Below, one piece after another: positions 33,977-43,732 of a stretch of 64,000 nt of DNA. A model generated the notes under the pieces. It made no database searches. It had not been told where the DNA came from and was given only the letters and a program-made list of their open reading frames with translations. Each line of letters opens with the position of its first letter. Positions within the stretch are counted from its first letter, which is position 1. This DNA is from a virus. Made by a program: the position numbers and the translations under genes. The DNA lies in the IMG/VR virus record IMGVR_UViG_3300045988_042432; one strand, written 5' to 3'.

Positions 33977-34746
33977 GTATTGACCAACTCATGAATGGTA
34001 AGGCTACTAGAATAGGTAAGAGAGCATATTTACCAACTGCTGCCTATGTAGAGCCTTTTATTGAAAGAATGTCCAAGTTTACTAAAGACTTTATAGTTGA
34101 AGTAGAATTGCCTAAACAGGTTACTAGGACAGTCGATGGAGATGTTAATGCAGATGATATTACATATAATCGTGTATTGATTCAAGCTGTAATGCCAGAG
34201 AGTTGCAGCTTTGACAATCATGATGAAGTTATTGGCATGGTTTATGGATTAGATGTTCGTAAGCCAGTAGCCAAGATTTATAGAGGAGCACTTAACAGAG
34301 CATGTACAAATCTCTGTGTATTTGACCCAGAATTTCTCCAAATGCAGCCGGTTAATCCTGAAGAAGCCTTGAATTATAAAGCTGTAGAGTATTTATTAAG
34401 TCAGACTTCTGATATAAAGCTGATGTTGGAGAATCTTCATAATACTACATGGAAAGCTGAAGACGATTTAGTAAGTTTAAACTTAGGCAAATGGCAAAGA
34501 AATGCTATGCATATGGTTTATAATGTAGGTTATGGAGATGTCAAGATAGGAACAGACCTTGTTACTAAGGCGTATAGTTCTATGTTTGAGGACCCAGATT
34601 CTTCATATTATATTGGAGTGGGTAATGAGGTGGATATGTTTACTGTGTACAATGCATTTACGCAGCTAATTAGTAATGACAAGGGTAAAGATTTGATGAA
34701 TAGAGCAGAGAAGACTCTATTACTAAGAAACATATTAAACTTCTAA
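33967..34746 (+). CDS. hypothetical protein (possibly DUF932-like)
   Basis: 259-aa ORF. Weak resemblance only (GALNRACTNLCVF). Confidence 0.6.
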   Translation: MQISIDQLMNGKATRIGKRAYLPTAAYVEPFIERMSKFTKDFIVEVELPKQVTRTVDGDVNADDITYNRVLIQAVMPESCSFDNHDEVIGMVYGLDVRKPVAKIYRGALNRACTNLCVFDPEFLQMQPVNPEEALNYKAVEYLLSQTSDIKLMLENLHNTTWKAEDDLVSLNLGKWQRNAMHMVYNVGYGDVKIGTDLVTKAYSSMFEDPDSSYYIGVGNEVDMFTVYNAFTQLISNDKGKDLMNRAEKTLLLRNILNF

Positions 34747-34749
34747 TTA

Positions 34750-36363
34750 ATGTTAGTAATTAAGAGAGACAAAAAAGTAGAACCTTTCGACGTTAATAAG
34801 ATTGATGCCGCAATTACTAAGGCATTTAACGCTGTTAACGAACCAATTGATTCTGATATTCTTCAGGATATTAAAGATGAGTTGTATATTAACAACATAG
34901 TTTCAGTTGAGGAGCTTCAAGACCAGTTAGAGAAAGCTCTTATGGCATGTGATTATTATGATGTTGCTAAGGCATTCATCTTGTACAGGCGTAAAAGGGC
35001 AGAGAGCAGGGCTTTAAATGAAAAGAAACAATTCATTAAAGACTATGCTAAAGCCAAGAATGCCGCAACTGGTAGTAAATACGATGCTAATGCTAATGTT
35101 ACCGAGAAGAACATTGTAACCTTAAATGGAGAATTGTTCAAAGGTGATGTTATTAAGGTAAATCGTGCAATTCTTACTGATAAAATCAGAGAGTTATATG
35201 GAGAGGAGCTAGCTAAGGAATATATCCGTATGCTGGAACAACATTTACTTTATAAGCATGATGAAACATCGATTATGCCCTACTGCGTGGCTATCACTAT
35301 GTATCCCTTTCTATTGGAGGGGTTACAGCCAATTGGAGGTTTGTCTGCCAGACCCAAGAACCTGGATTCTTTCTGTGGCATGTTCGTTAATCTGGTATTT
35401 GCGATTAGTTCTCAATTTGCAGGTGCAGTAGCAACTGGAGAGTTTCTAATGTACTTTGATTACTTTGCTCGTAAAGAGTGGGGTGATGATTACTGGAAAC
35501 GTCCAGAGGAAATGGTTGACAAACACAGAAATATTGACAAGACGTTAGAGCAGAAGTTCCAGCAGATTGTATATTCAATCAATCAGCCAGCAGCTGCTCG
35601 TAACTTCCAATCAGTATTCTGGAATATCAGTTATTTTGATAAGAACTACTTTGAAGGTATCTTTGGAGAGTTCTATTTCCCAGACGGTACACAACCTCAA
35701 TGGGAATCTCTTAGTTGGTTGCAGAAGAAATTTGCTAAATGGTTTAATGAGGAACGTACTAAGTGTATTCTTACATTCCCTGTTGAGACCATGGCGCTTC
35801 TAACTAACGGAGAGGATGTTGTTGATGAAGAGTATGCAGACTTTACAGCAGAGATGTATAGCAAAGGACACTCGTTCTTTACTTATATGTCCGATAGTCC
35901 TGATTCCTTATCTTCCTGTTGCAGACTTCGTAATGAGGTTACTGATAATCAATTCAGTTATTCTCTTGGAGCTGGTGGTATTGCTACTGGTAGTAAGTCA
36001 GTAATGACCTTAAATATCAATAGGCTAGTTCAGGATGCAGTTAATAATGGGTATGATATGATTGAGTATTTGCGTGAGAATGTGAAGAAAGTTCATAAGT
36101 TCCAAACAGCATATAATGAATTGCTTAAAGACTATTTAAAAGACGGGTTGCTTACTGTATATACAGCTGGATTCATTGATATGAAGAAGCAGTATTTGAC
36201 TATAGGTGTTAATGGAGTTATTGAGGCTGCGGAGTTCTTAGGAATCCCAGTTAATGATAATCCAACTTATAGAGAGTTTATGCAATCTATCCTTAAAACT
36301 ATCAGTGATGAAAATCGTAAAGCGAGAACTAAGGAGTTAATGTTTAACACAGAATTTGTGCCT
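34750..36363 (+). CDS. nrdD: anaerobic ribonucleoside-triphosphate reductase, exon 1
   Basis: N-terminal ATP-cone (VIKRDKKVEPFDVNKI). The reading frame loses NrdD similarity after ...NTEFVP. The P1 pairing defines the splice site after T36363. Confidence 0.85.
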
Positions 36364-36556
36364 AAAACTTGTGGGCACGTTAAACCCAATCTAATTGACT
36401 TGGAACCACTACGTGAGAATCGTAGGCAACAGGGGGCAAGCGTAATGGCAGCCTGAACGACTAAACGAATGGGACTCTCATTGCTGAGAGTGTGCGATAG
36501 TCTGCACTACATGGTGACATGTAGAGGAAATCTGAAGTGATTTCCCACCTAGTACA

Positions 36557-36588
36557 TTTGTTTTGTTGGTGGAAATGTAGTATCTTTG
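36557..36588 (+). promoter_or_regulatory. Bacteroidota-type promoter TTTG-N20-TATCTTTG inside the intron
   Basis: -33 at 36557-36560 and -7 at 36581-36588, driving the intron ORF. Confidence 0.55.
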
Positions 36589-36618
36589 TGTATTAACTTT
36601 AATAGAAGGAACACTAAC

Positions 36619-37317
36619 ATGAAGAGAAGCAATTCACTAAAAGAAACTAAATGCACAGCTTGTGATGCTGAAGCATTCGCAAGATTCGAGGGAGTACCTT
36701 ACTGCAAGAAACACTATATGCAGATGTATCATAAGGGTAAGATTACCACAAGAACAATCTATGACCCTAATGAGTACATTTTACATGATGACTATGCTGA
36801 ATGCATTACTTATGATAAGGAAGGCAATGAGACAGCAAGAGTTAAAGTGAATTTAGATAAGGTAGAAGAGCTGAAACAGTATAAAGTATACATTCGTAAA
36901 CAGGGTGGAGATACTTGGTATGCTGCTATAAGCGTAAATGGTAAGAAGGTATTACTTCATAGATACTTAATGGGAGTACACGAAGGGGAGTATTCAATCA
37001 AATGTGTAGTTGACCATATAAATGGTGATAAACTAGACGATAGATTGGAGAATCTTAGAGTGTGTGAGCACAAGGATAACATGAAGAACATACGTAAGGG
37101 TGGTAAAGTAATTGGAGTTAACCAGTTAAGGAATGGCAAATGGGTAGCACGTATAATGCACAACTACCAAACCATCAACTTGGGAAACTACGATAATGAA
37201 CAAGACGCCATCATTGCTAGACTTACCAAAGAACTCGAATTATGTGGGGATTATGGTCCCAACAAGGACTTATATCATTTACTAGGTCACTGCTCCAATG
37301 CTAGGGAGCAGGCGTAA
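36619..37317 (+). CDS. HNH homing endonuclease with AP2-like DNA-binding domain (intron-encoded)
   Basis: VDHINGDKLDDRLENLRVCEHKDNMKN (HNH_3 type) followed by NGKWVARI...(AP2-like). ATG at 36619. Confidence 0.85.
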   Translation: MKRSNSLKETKCTACDAEAFARFEGVPYCKKHYMQMYHKGKITTRTIYDPNEYILHDDYAECITYDKEGNETARVKVNLDKVEELKQYKVYIRKQGGDTWYAAISVNGKKVLLHRYLMGVHEGEYSIKCVVDHINGDKLDDRLENLRVCEHKDNMKNIRKGGKVIGVNQLRNGKWVARIMHNYQTINLGNYDNEQDAIIARLTKELELCGDYGPNKDLYHLLGHCSNAREQA

Positions 37318-37324
37318 CAGAAGG

Positions 37325-37777
37325 GCAGAGAACCTTGGGGTTAAACATGCTAATTGGGACAGGAAAGCAGGTTATGTAGTTCCTAGAGATTGCTATAATA
37401 GCTATTTCTATGCTGTTGAAGACACATCTCTTACCGTACTTGACAAGTTCAAATTACATGGCAAGGAATATGTACAATACTTAGACGGAGGTAGTGCATT
37501 GCATATGAATCTCGATGAACATCTTAGTAAGGAACAGTATCGTAACTTGTTGAGAGTGGCAGCAGTCAATGGTACTAATTATTTCACATTTAATATTCCA
37601 AATACTATTTGTAATGATTGTGGACATATTGATAAAAGGTATCTCAAGGAATGTCCAAAATGTGGGAGTAAGAACGTTGATTATGCTACTAGAGTTATTG
37701 GTTATTTGAAACGTATTAGTAACTTCAGTCAGGCAAGACAGGAGGAAGCTAGTAGAAGATTTTACACTCATGCTTAA
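37325..37777 (+). CDS. nrdD: anaerobic ribonucleoside-triphosphate reductase, exon 2
   Basis: AENLGVKHANWD..., Zn site CNDCGH...CPKCG, and glycyl-radical motif TRVIGYL. Confidence 0.85.
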   Translation, partial: AENLGVKHANWDRKAGYVVPRDCYNSYFYAVEDTSLTVLDKFKLHGKEYVQYLDGGSALHMNLDEHLSKEQYRNLLRVAAVNGTNYFTFNIPNTICNDCGHIDKRYLKECPKCGSKNVDYATRVIGYLKRISNFSQARQEEASRRFYTHA

Positions 37778-38351
37778 ATATGTAGGTTTCGATATAGTCT
37801 TCAGGGAAATTCCTGACGAGACTACACTAGCCATAAACATATCCAATTGTCCATGTCACTGCAACGGCTGTCATAGCTCTTACTTGGCAGGAGACGTTGG
37901 GGAAGTCCTGACTATTACTAGAATAGAGAAGCTTATTAATGAGAATAAGGGAATTACTGCCATTTGCTTTATGGGTGGCGATAACGACCCTAAGCTCATT
38001 AATCACTATGCTGGATTAGTAAGGACGTTAACTACCACTAAAACGGCTGATAAGTTTACTATTCATAAGGAAATTAGGTTTCCCAAAGTAACCATTCCTG
38101 CCGAAACAGAAATGGAATGGCAGCAAACAGTACCACTTGATATAAAGATTGGGTGGTATAGTGGTAGAGCTACATTGGCAGATGAAATTGATTTGTACAA
38201 TTTCGATTACATCAAGTTAGGACCTTACATAGAGGAATGTGGACCACTTGATAATCCAAATACCAATCAGAGATTATATAAAACGATAATGACTGATGAC
38301 GGTCCTAAATTAAAGGATATTACCTTTAGATTTTGGAATAGAGAACTATGA
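37770..38351 (+). CDS. nrdG: anaerobic RNR activating protein (radical SAM)
   Basis: Cys cluster NCPCHCNGCHS. Immediately downstream of, and overlapping, nrdD. Confidence 0.75.
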   Translation: MLKYVGFDIVFREIPDETTLAINISNCPCHCNGCHSSYLAGDVGEVLTITRIEKLINENKGITAICFMGGDNDPKLINHYAGLVRTLTTTKTADKFTIHKEIRFPKVTIPAETEMEWQQTVPLDIKIGWYSGRATLADEIDLYNFDYIKLGPYIEECGPLDNPNTNQRLYKTIMTDDGPKLKDITFRFWNREL

Positions 38352-39712
38352 GTACAATAGCTTGGTCAGACGAACAGCTATATGCTATAGATAGAATGAT
38401 TAGGTTTTTAGATAGTCCAGATAGGATATTAGTTCTTACTGGCTATGCAGGAGTAGGTAAGACAGCTGTTATGAATGAATTTGTACAATATCTAGATAGT
38501 ACTAGAGGTTGTAGATTCTTTAAGTTGTGTGCTCCTACTCATAAAGCCAAAGCAGTACTTGAAATGGCTACTGGCTATAGAGCTACTACATTACATAAAC
38601 TGCTAGCACTTTCCCCTAAACTGGATATATTTAATTTAGACTATAAAGACTTGAAGTTCTATTCCGATGGTATGGGAGACATTCCAAACAAAGGACTAAT
38701 AATCATTGATGAGGCATCTATGGTTAGTGATGAACTTTATGATTTACTTGTAGACTATTGTGAAACACATCAGTGCAAAATCTTATTTATAGGGGATGTT
38801 GCACAGATTGCCCCAGTTAAGAACGGAGGTCTTAGTAAAGTGTTTAGTCATGAAAATGTTGTCCGTCTAACCAAGATATTTAGGCAAGACGAGAATACAG
38901 CATTAGCACCAATATTATTAACATTAAGAGAGAATCCTATATCTAAATTCGAAACTCGAATGGGAGAGAAGGGTTCTCTCATTTGTTATAATGACACTAA
39001 GCAGTTTATGGTTGATGCAGCTAATAAGATTAATCATGGAATAAAGCATAATGATGTAAATTATACTAAGCTGATAGCTTATACTAATAAGCGAGTTAAA
39101 GGATTCAATGATTGTATACGCAGAATACTATACAATGACAATGAACCTTATCATAAATTCGAGTTTCTAACTGGCTGTGAGAACTTTGAATATAATGGAG
39201 AAATGTTCTTTAACTCTTCAGACTATATAATTACAAGCATTAGAAGAACCACTAGGAATGTACCTCATTTTACTAGACTTCCAGGGTTCGAATTGGGATT
39301 ATATGATAGCGTTGATAGACGGCTATTAGACGTATTCATAATAGACCCAACAGACATAAATCCAGACTACCTGCAAACTTTGGCACAACAGATTGAGTCT
39401 ATAAGGCTAGATGCTATACAGGCGAAAAGGTGGGGTAATAGAACTAAATCTGGATATTTATGGGGTAAGTATTTTGACATGACTAAGTCCTTTGCAACCC
39501 CAGTACCACTGTTATTTGATAATAGAGTAATTAAGCCACAAACTTTTGATTATGGATACGCTATAACAGCACATAGGAGTCAAGGCAGCTCTTACAATAA
39601 TGTGTTTGTAGATACCGGTAATCTTAAGTTGGATAGAGACTTATTAGAACTACGACAGCTTCAATATGTATCTTTATCAAGAACTAAAACAGATGCTTAT
39701 GTATTGACTTAA
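38348..39712 (+). CDS. SF1B Dda/RecD-like DNA helicase
   Basis: Walker A GYAGVGKT, Walker B IIDEASMV, C-terminal AITAHRSQGSSY...YVSLSR. Confidence 0.85.
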   Translation: MSTIAWSDEQLYAIDRMIRFLDSPDRILVLTGYAGVGKTAVMNEFVQYLDSTRGCRFFKLCAPTHKAKAVLEMATGYRATTLHKLLALSPKLDIFNLDYKDLKFYSDGMGDIPNKGLIIIDEASMVSDELYDLLVDYCETHQCKILFIGDVAQIAPVKNGGLSKVFSHENVVRLTKIFRQDENTALAPILLTLRENPISKFETRMGEKGSLICYNDTKQFMVDAANKINHGIKHNDVNYTKLIAYTNKRVKGFNDCIRRILYNDNEPYHKFEFLTGCENFEYNGEMFFNSSDYIITSIRRTTRNVPHFTRLPGFELGLYDSVDRRLLDVFIIDPTDINPDYLQTLAQQIESIRLDAIQAKRWGNRTKSGYLWGKYFDMTKSFATPVPLLFDNRVIKPQTFDYGYAITAHRSQGSSYNNVFVDTGNLKLDRDLLELRQLQYVSLSRTKTDAYVLT

Positions 39713-39717
39713 TACCT

Positions 39718-40116
39718 ATGAATTACTCAGATTTTGTAAACGAAGCTCTATGTAGAGGATTTGAACATCCAGAACGATTATACATGGTAGCTTATAAACT
39801 AGACATGCCAGAAGTATACACTCTTTGTACAGAGGAAGAGAGCATATGGCCAGGAATATATGAATATCATATAAATGGTAAGATATTCTACATATTAACT
39901 GAACACGAGGCATGTAGAATCGTTGATAACTATCGTAGAATGTTAGCTAGCAAATTAGCTGACCAGTCGATAGATAATGCCATTACTAGAATCACTGATG
40001 AGGAAATGGCAGCAGCTTACTATAATGACATATTTGATGTATTTGATGTTGTTCAAGAAGTAGAGCTGGAACTAGATGGAATATTATTTCCTAAATACTA
40101 TATTGTTGAATGCTAA
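39718..40116 (+). CDS. hypothetical protein
   Basis: 132-aa ORF. Confidence 0.65.
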   Translation: MNYSDFVNEALCRGFEHPERLYMVAYKLDMPEVYTLCTEEESIWPGIYEYHINGKIFYILTEHEACRIVDNYRRMLASKLADQSIDNAITRITDEEMAAAYYNDIFDVFDVVQEVELELDGILFPKYYIVEC

Positions 40117-40634
40117 CATTTAGGTATGTTTATGATAGCCAACGTCCTGATGCATTTAAGGACGCACTATCAACAATGAACGGTTACGTATTTAATTTTG
40201 AAACTTATGACGTGAATCATTATAAGGAACGTAAGAAGGCTTTCAAGATTAAAGGGAGCTGTAGTGCTAGAGAGAATCCTTTCTTGGCTGTATATGATGA
40301 TAACGATACATTAATCAAAGCTTTCTATACAGAAGCTGGTGAATGTAATGCAAATCATGTACATACTTGGCTGCAAGACTACTTTGCTACCAATGGTAAG
40401 AAGGGCTTTATGACTATCACCAAAGTGTTGGGAACCAATAACGTTAGAATTGAAGAAGGTCATAAGGAGTCTGGATATACTAAAGCATTTATAGAAGGTG
40501 CTCCTTTAGAACTTAATTCGAATGATAGATGGTTCAAGACATCTAATGTAATTGAGATTGACTGGGAGAATAAAAGATTCACAACTATAAACTCAATTTA
40601 TGCATTTACGTTCAATGAAAGTTCAAGTAATTAA
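40110..40634 (+). CDS. hypothetical protein
   Basis: 174-aa ORF. Confidence 0.65.
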   Translation: MLTFRYVYDSQRPDAFKDALSTMNGYVFNFETYDVNHYKERKKAFKIKGSCSARENPFLAVYDDNDTLIKAFYTEAGECNANHVHTWLQDYFATNGKKGFMTITKVLGTNNVRIEEGHKESGYTKAFIEGAPLELNSNDRWFKTSNVIEIDWENKRFTTINSIYAFTFNESSSN

Positions 40635-41151
40635 TCTATCGAATAACAAACTTCCCCAGTATGAAACTCCTATGTCAGCAGGTATGGATATACGTGCAGA
40701 CTTCAGTAGAGTAACAGTTGACAATCCTATTAAAGCTTATGGTGATTGCGAAGTTGTGTTTGCATCACCTAAAATGGACGGCAATAAAGTAACTATGCTG
40801 CGTCTTGACCCAGGAGCTAGAGCACTTATCCCGACTGGATTAAAGATTGCTCTCCCCACTACTGATTCAGATTGCGAGTTTATTTATGAGTGCCAAGTAA
40901 GACCTAGGAGTGGCTTAGCTTTAAAGAAGGGAATTACTGTATTAAATACACCTGGCACTGTAGATGCAGATTATAGGAATGAAATGCACGTTATTCTTAT
41001 TAATCAAGGACATGAAGCAGTATGGATTGAGGATAAAGAACGTATAGCTCAATTGGTATTCACAACTGTAGCTAAGGCTGAATGGGAAGAAGTTGCTAGA
41101 TTAGATGAAACAGAGCGTAAAGGTGGATTTGGGCATACCGGTGAGAAATGA
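40615..41151 (+). CDS. dut: dUTP diphosphatase
   Basis: [30 protein letters not shown] and GGFGHTG are dUTPase motifs 1-5. Start is the ATG at 40615 or 40600. Confidence 0.9.
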   Translation: MKVQVINLSNNKLPQYETPMSAGMDIRADFSRVTVDNPIKAYGDCEVVFASPKMDGNKVTMLRLDPGARALIPTGLKIALPTTDSDCEFIYECQVRPRSGLALKKGITVLNTPGTVDADYRNEMHVILINQGHEAVWIEDKERIAQLVFTTVAKAEWEEVARLDETERKGGFGHTGEK

Positions 41152-41369
41152 TAAGTACAGTAGAAGTAATCGAGAAGAGTAAAGCCATATCCGATATAGG
41201 ATTGGAAATCCAGACACTTAATAATGCCTATGCTAATCATGCGAAGGCGATGAGTGAGACTATGGAGAAGATTAAGGAATTGAAAGCTAAACAGGATGAA
41301 TTGGCTAGAAACCTTATTCAAGAGTGTAATAAGCCTTTAACTGTAGATGATTTAGACACTGACGTATAA
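41148..41369 (+). CDS. hypothetical coiled-coil protein
   Basis: 73-aa ORF. Confidence 0.55.
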   Translation: MISTVEVIEKSKAISDIGLEIQTLNNAYANHAKAMSETMEKIKELKAKQDELARNLIQECNKPLTVDDLDTDV

Positions 41370-41380
41370 AACAACAAATT

Positions 41381-41539
41381 ATGAATTACGAAGAATTTGT
41401 AGAAACCATTGAGAAAGACGCTGAACAGTATGCTAAATCTTGCGTGTGTGATGCAGATGAACATGACGATGCAGTGGAAGCAATTGCCGCAGATTACATC
41501 GAAGGTGCAATGAGGGCTTTTGAAATCTTAAATGGATAA
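41381..41539 (+). CDS. small acidic hypothetical protein (52 aa)
   Basis: ATG at 41381, TAA at 41537-41539. Below the track cutoff. Confidence 0.4.
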   Translation: MNYEEFVETIEKDAEQYAKSCVCDADEHDDAVEAIAADYIEGAMRAFEILNG

Positions 41540-42740
41540 ATTAGTAACTAAAGACAACAAGGGTAAAACTAGAGTAGTCGAGATTAGTTGCGAATGGGAT
41601 GATGCCCAACATGGCTTTGTTATAAGAAGAAAGACTTATCAGTATGGTGGCAAAGTAACTGTGCAGCCAGAGATATGGATATTCCAAGGCAAAGCCAAAA
41701 GGACTGTTGCAGAACAGGCTAAGTTAGAGTACAATTCTCATCTAAAGAAGTATACAGATAAGGGTTATAAGCTACTTCCATCCTCTGTTAACATAGAGGA
41801 TGCGAAGGCAGTTGCAGCATTTGTTGAAGAACACCTAGGTGAGGGTGTTACTGATTCAAATGGATTTAAGAAGCATATGAAAGCCAAGAAGTACGAGGAG
41901 GTAGCTACTAAGGTATTTGATAAAATCAAGTACTGGCTAGGTTCTCGTAAGATAGACGGTGTCAGATGTTCTTTCTATCTAAAGGACGGAGAGATAGTAT
42001 CTGCTAGTCGGGGAGGTGGCGATTATGACGCTTCTACAGTACACCTAAGAACACATCCCAAGATGATAGAGTTATTTAATAAGATGCCAGATTTGGTTCT
42101 CGATGGTGAACTTTACATTCACGGTCGAAGCTTGCAGTATATAAGTGGTACAGCAAGATTAGAATCTGGAGAATCCCGCTGCAATGAATTGGAATATTAC
42201 ATCTATGATACCATGGATGCTAATATGACAGCACAGGAAAGGTGGAATTATATATCTGACGAAATAGCTCCTATACTTGGAATTGTGGATTTTGACCCTA
42301 ATGCTAATTGGAATGAAGATGACCTGAAGGTTAGAATAGTTCCAGAAGAGGAAGTAGTAGGGTGGACTAACATTCAGAAGCTTCATGATAAATATGTCAG
42401 CGAAGGGTTTGAAGGTATAGTTATTAGAGACCCGGACAAACCATATAACTATGGAGGACGTACTAATGCCATGATTAAAGTCAAAATGTATCAAGACGAC
42501 GAGTTTGAGATTGTTGGCTATAGTGACGGATTACGTCCTGAAGATATGGTGTTCATATGTAAGACTCAGGCTGGTAAGGAATTTGAAGCCAAGCCTATGG
42601 GACCTAGAGAACTTAAGTATGAATATCTAGACAGAATGGATGAACTTATCGGTAAAATGGCTACTGTCAAGTATTTCTACTACTCTGACGATGGCAGACC
42701 ATTACAACCAGTACTTAAGTGCATCCGAGACTATGAATAA
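41532..42740 (+). CDS. ATP-dependent DNA ligase
   Basis: Motif I SRKIDGVR, motif IV EGIVIRD, motif V AMIKVK. Confidence 0.85.
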   Translation: MDKLVTKDNKGKTRVVEISCEWDDAQHGFVIRRKTYQYGGKVTVQPEIWIFQGKAKRTVAEQAKLEYNSHLKKYTDKGYKLLPSSVNIEDAKAVAAFVEEHLGEGVTDSNGFKKHMKAKKYEEVATKVFDKIKYWLGSRKIDGVRCSFYLKDGEIVSASRGGGDYDASTVHLRTHPKMIELFNKMPDLVLDGELYIHGRSLQYISGTARLESGESRCNELEYYIYDTMDANMTAQERWNYISDEIAPILGIVDFDPNANWNEDDLKVRIVPEEEVVGWTNIQKLHDKYVSEGFEGIVIRDPDKPYNYGGRTNAMIKVKMYQDDEFEIVGYSDGLRPEDMVFICKTQAGKEFEAKPMGPRELKYEYLDRMDELIGKMATVKYFYYSDDGRPLQPVLKCIRDYE

Positions 42741-42742
42741 GT

Positions 42743-42994
42743 ATGAATTACATTGTAGTATATAGGCAGCAAGGCGAACCTAAAATGGAGTTCTTTAAAT
42801 ATCGCGACGAATCAGACGTTGCATATAAAAGAAGTACATTAATTAGGAATGAAGATGATGTGATTGATATTATGCGGAAGCATTATCAACCAGATGATGA
42901 TGTCTTTGTTATTAGAGAAACACTATTAAATGTAGATGATTTCTCTGATGCAGAGTTAATTAAAATACTATCTAACGCATTGATGTATCTGTGA
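42743..42994 (+). CDS. hypothetical protein
   Basis: 83-aa ORF. Confidence 0.6.
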   Translation: MNYIVVYRQQGEPKMEFFKYRDESDVAYKRSTLIRNEDDVIDIMRKHYQPDDDVFVIRETLLNVDDFSDAELIKILSNALMYL

Positions 42995-43188
42995 TTAACA
43001 AAACTTCAATATCTATAAGCGCTAAGGTGGCAGACTTATTGACTTCTCTGGTAGGGAACACTCTATCAGAGGAGGATAAAAGTCAGCTATATGAAACTGT
43101 ATTTGATTTCTATAGAGACCTTCTTAGAGGTTATGACAGTGAGACTATTAATGAAATTCAAGAACAATTAAAAGGTGTAATATGGTAA
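42991..43188 (+). CDS. hypothetical protein
   Basis: 65-aa ORF with a GTG start overlapping the upstream stop. Confidence 0.5.
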   Translation: MINKTSISISAKVADLLTSLVGNTLSEEDKSQLYETVFDFYRDLLRGYDSETINEIQEQLKGVIW

Positions 43189-43484
43189 AAGGGAACTTTA
43201 TAGAAGTAGTAAATTCATTGGAAGCTATCAACTCCAGATGTTTCAAATTGTCTGAAATGGGAATTGATATTGCTGACAGTGATATAGTCAGTAATGCTGA
43301 ATGTATAGCCATGGCTATATTTAAAGAGAACTATACTGACGAAGGCATAGACTGGATTATGTGGTGGGTTTACGAGAAAGCCGGAGACCCGGATATAAAA
43401 GCCTATGACGAAGAGGGTAAAGAAATTATAAGCACATTGGATGAGCTTTACGAATATGTTGAATCATCCTACAAGATTGTTTAA
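43182..43484 (+). CDS. hypothetical acidic protein
   Basis: 100-aa ORF. Confidence 0.6.
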   Translation: MVKGNFIEVVNSLEAINSRCFKLSEMGIDIADSDIVSNAECIAMAIFKENYTDEGIDWIMWWVYEKAGDPDIKAYDEEGKEIISTLDELYEYVESSYKIV

Positions 43485-43501
43485 TTTTAATTTATAAGAT
43501 T

Positions 43502-43705
43502 ATGAACGAGACATTTGACTTTGGAGAAGCTCTATCTATGATGAGAGCAGGTATGACAGTTATCAACTTAAGTAAGAGACGTTACAGAATGAAGGAAGGC
43601 AATATCATCTGTCTTCCTATATCTGGTTCTAACCAGTACTACGTTGTTACTAAGTGGTTTCCTGATGCCGTTTTAAGTCAAGATTGGAGTCTAGCTGAAG
43701 ATTAG
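43502..43705 (+). CDS. DUF2829 (Tad2-like) small protein
   Basis: N-terminal FDFGEALSMMRAGMTV and C-terminal WFPDAVLSQDWSL match the DUF2829 pattern (FGEAl..mk.Gk.v ... W.Ps..DllaeDW) as I remember it. Confidence 0.55.
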   Translation: MNETFDFGEALSMMRAGMTVINLSKRRYRMKEGNIICLPISGSNQYYVVTKWFPDAVLSQDWSLAED

Positions 43706-43732
43706 CTGTAAGCAATTATTGACTAGTTTTGA

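Larger units (their letters stand above)
36364..37324 (+). mobile_element. group I intron with HNH-AP2 homing endonuclease ORF
   Basis: P1 is GTGCCT (36358-36363) paired with GGGCAC (36373-36378), with U.G at the splice site. Candidate P7 strands ACGACTAA / ATAGTC. The intron ends in G37324. Joining the exons gives FVP|AENLGVK. Confidence 0.8.

Noticed and set aside
43722-43729. TAGTTTTG match to the -7 promoter box right in front of the RNA ligase ATG (43733).
   Set aside because: It lies only 3 nt from the start codon and has no -33 TTTG at the proper distance. It is probably a chance match.
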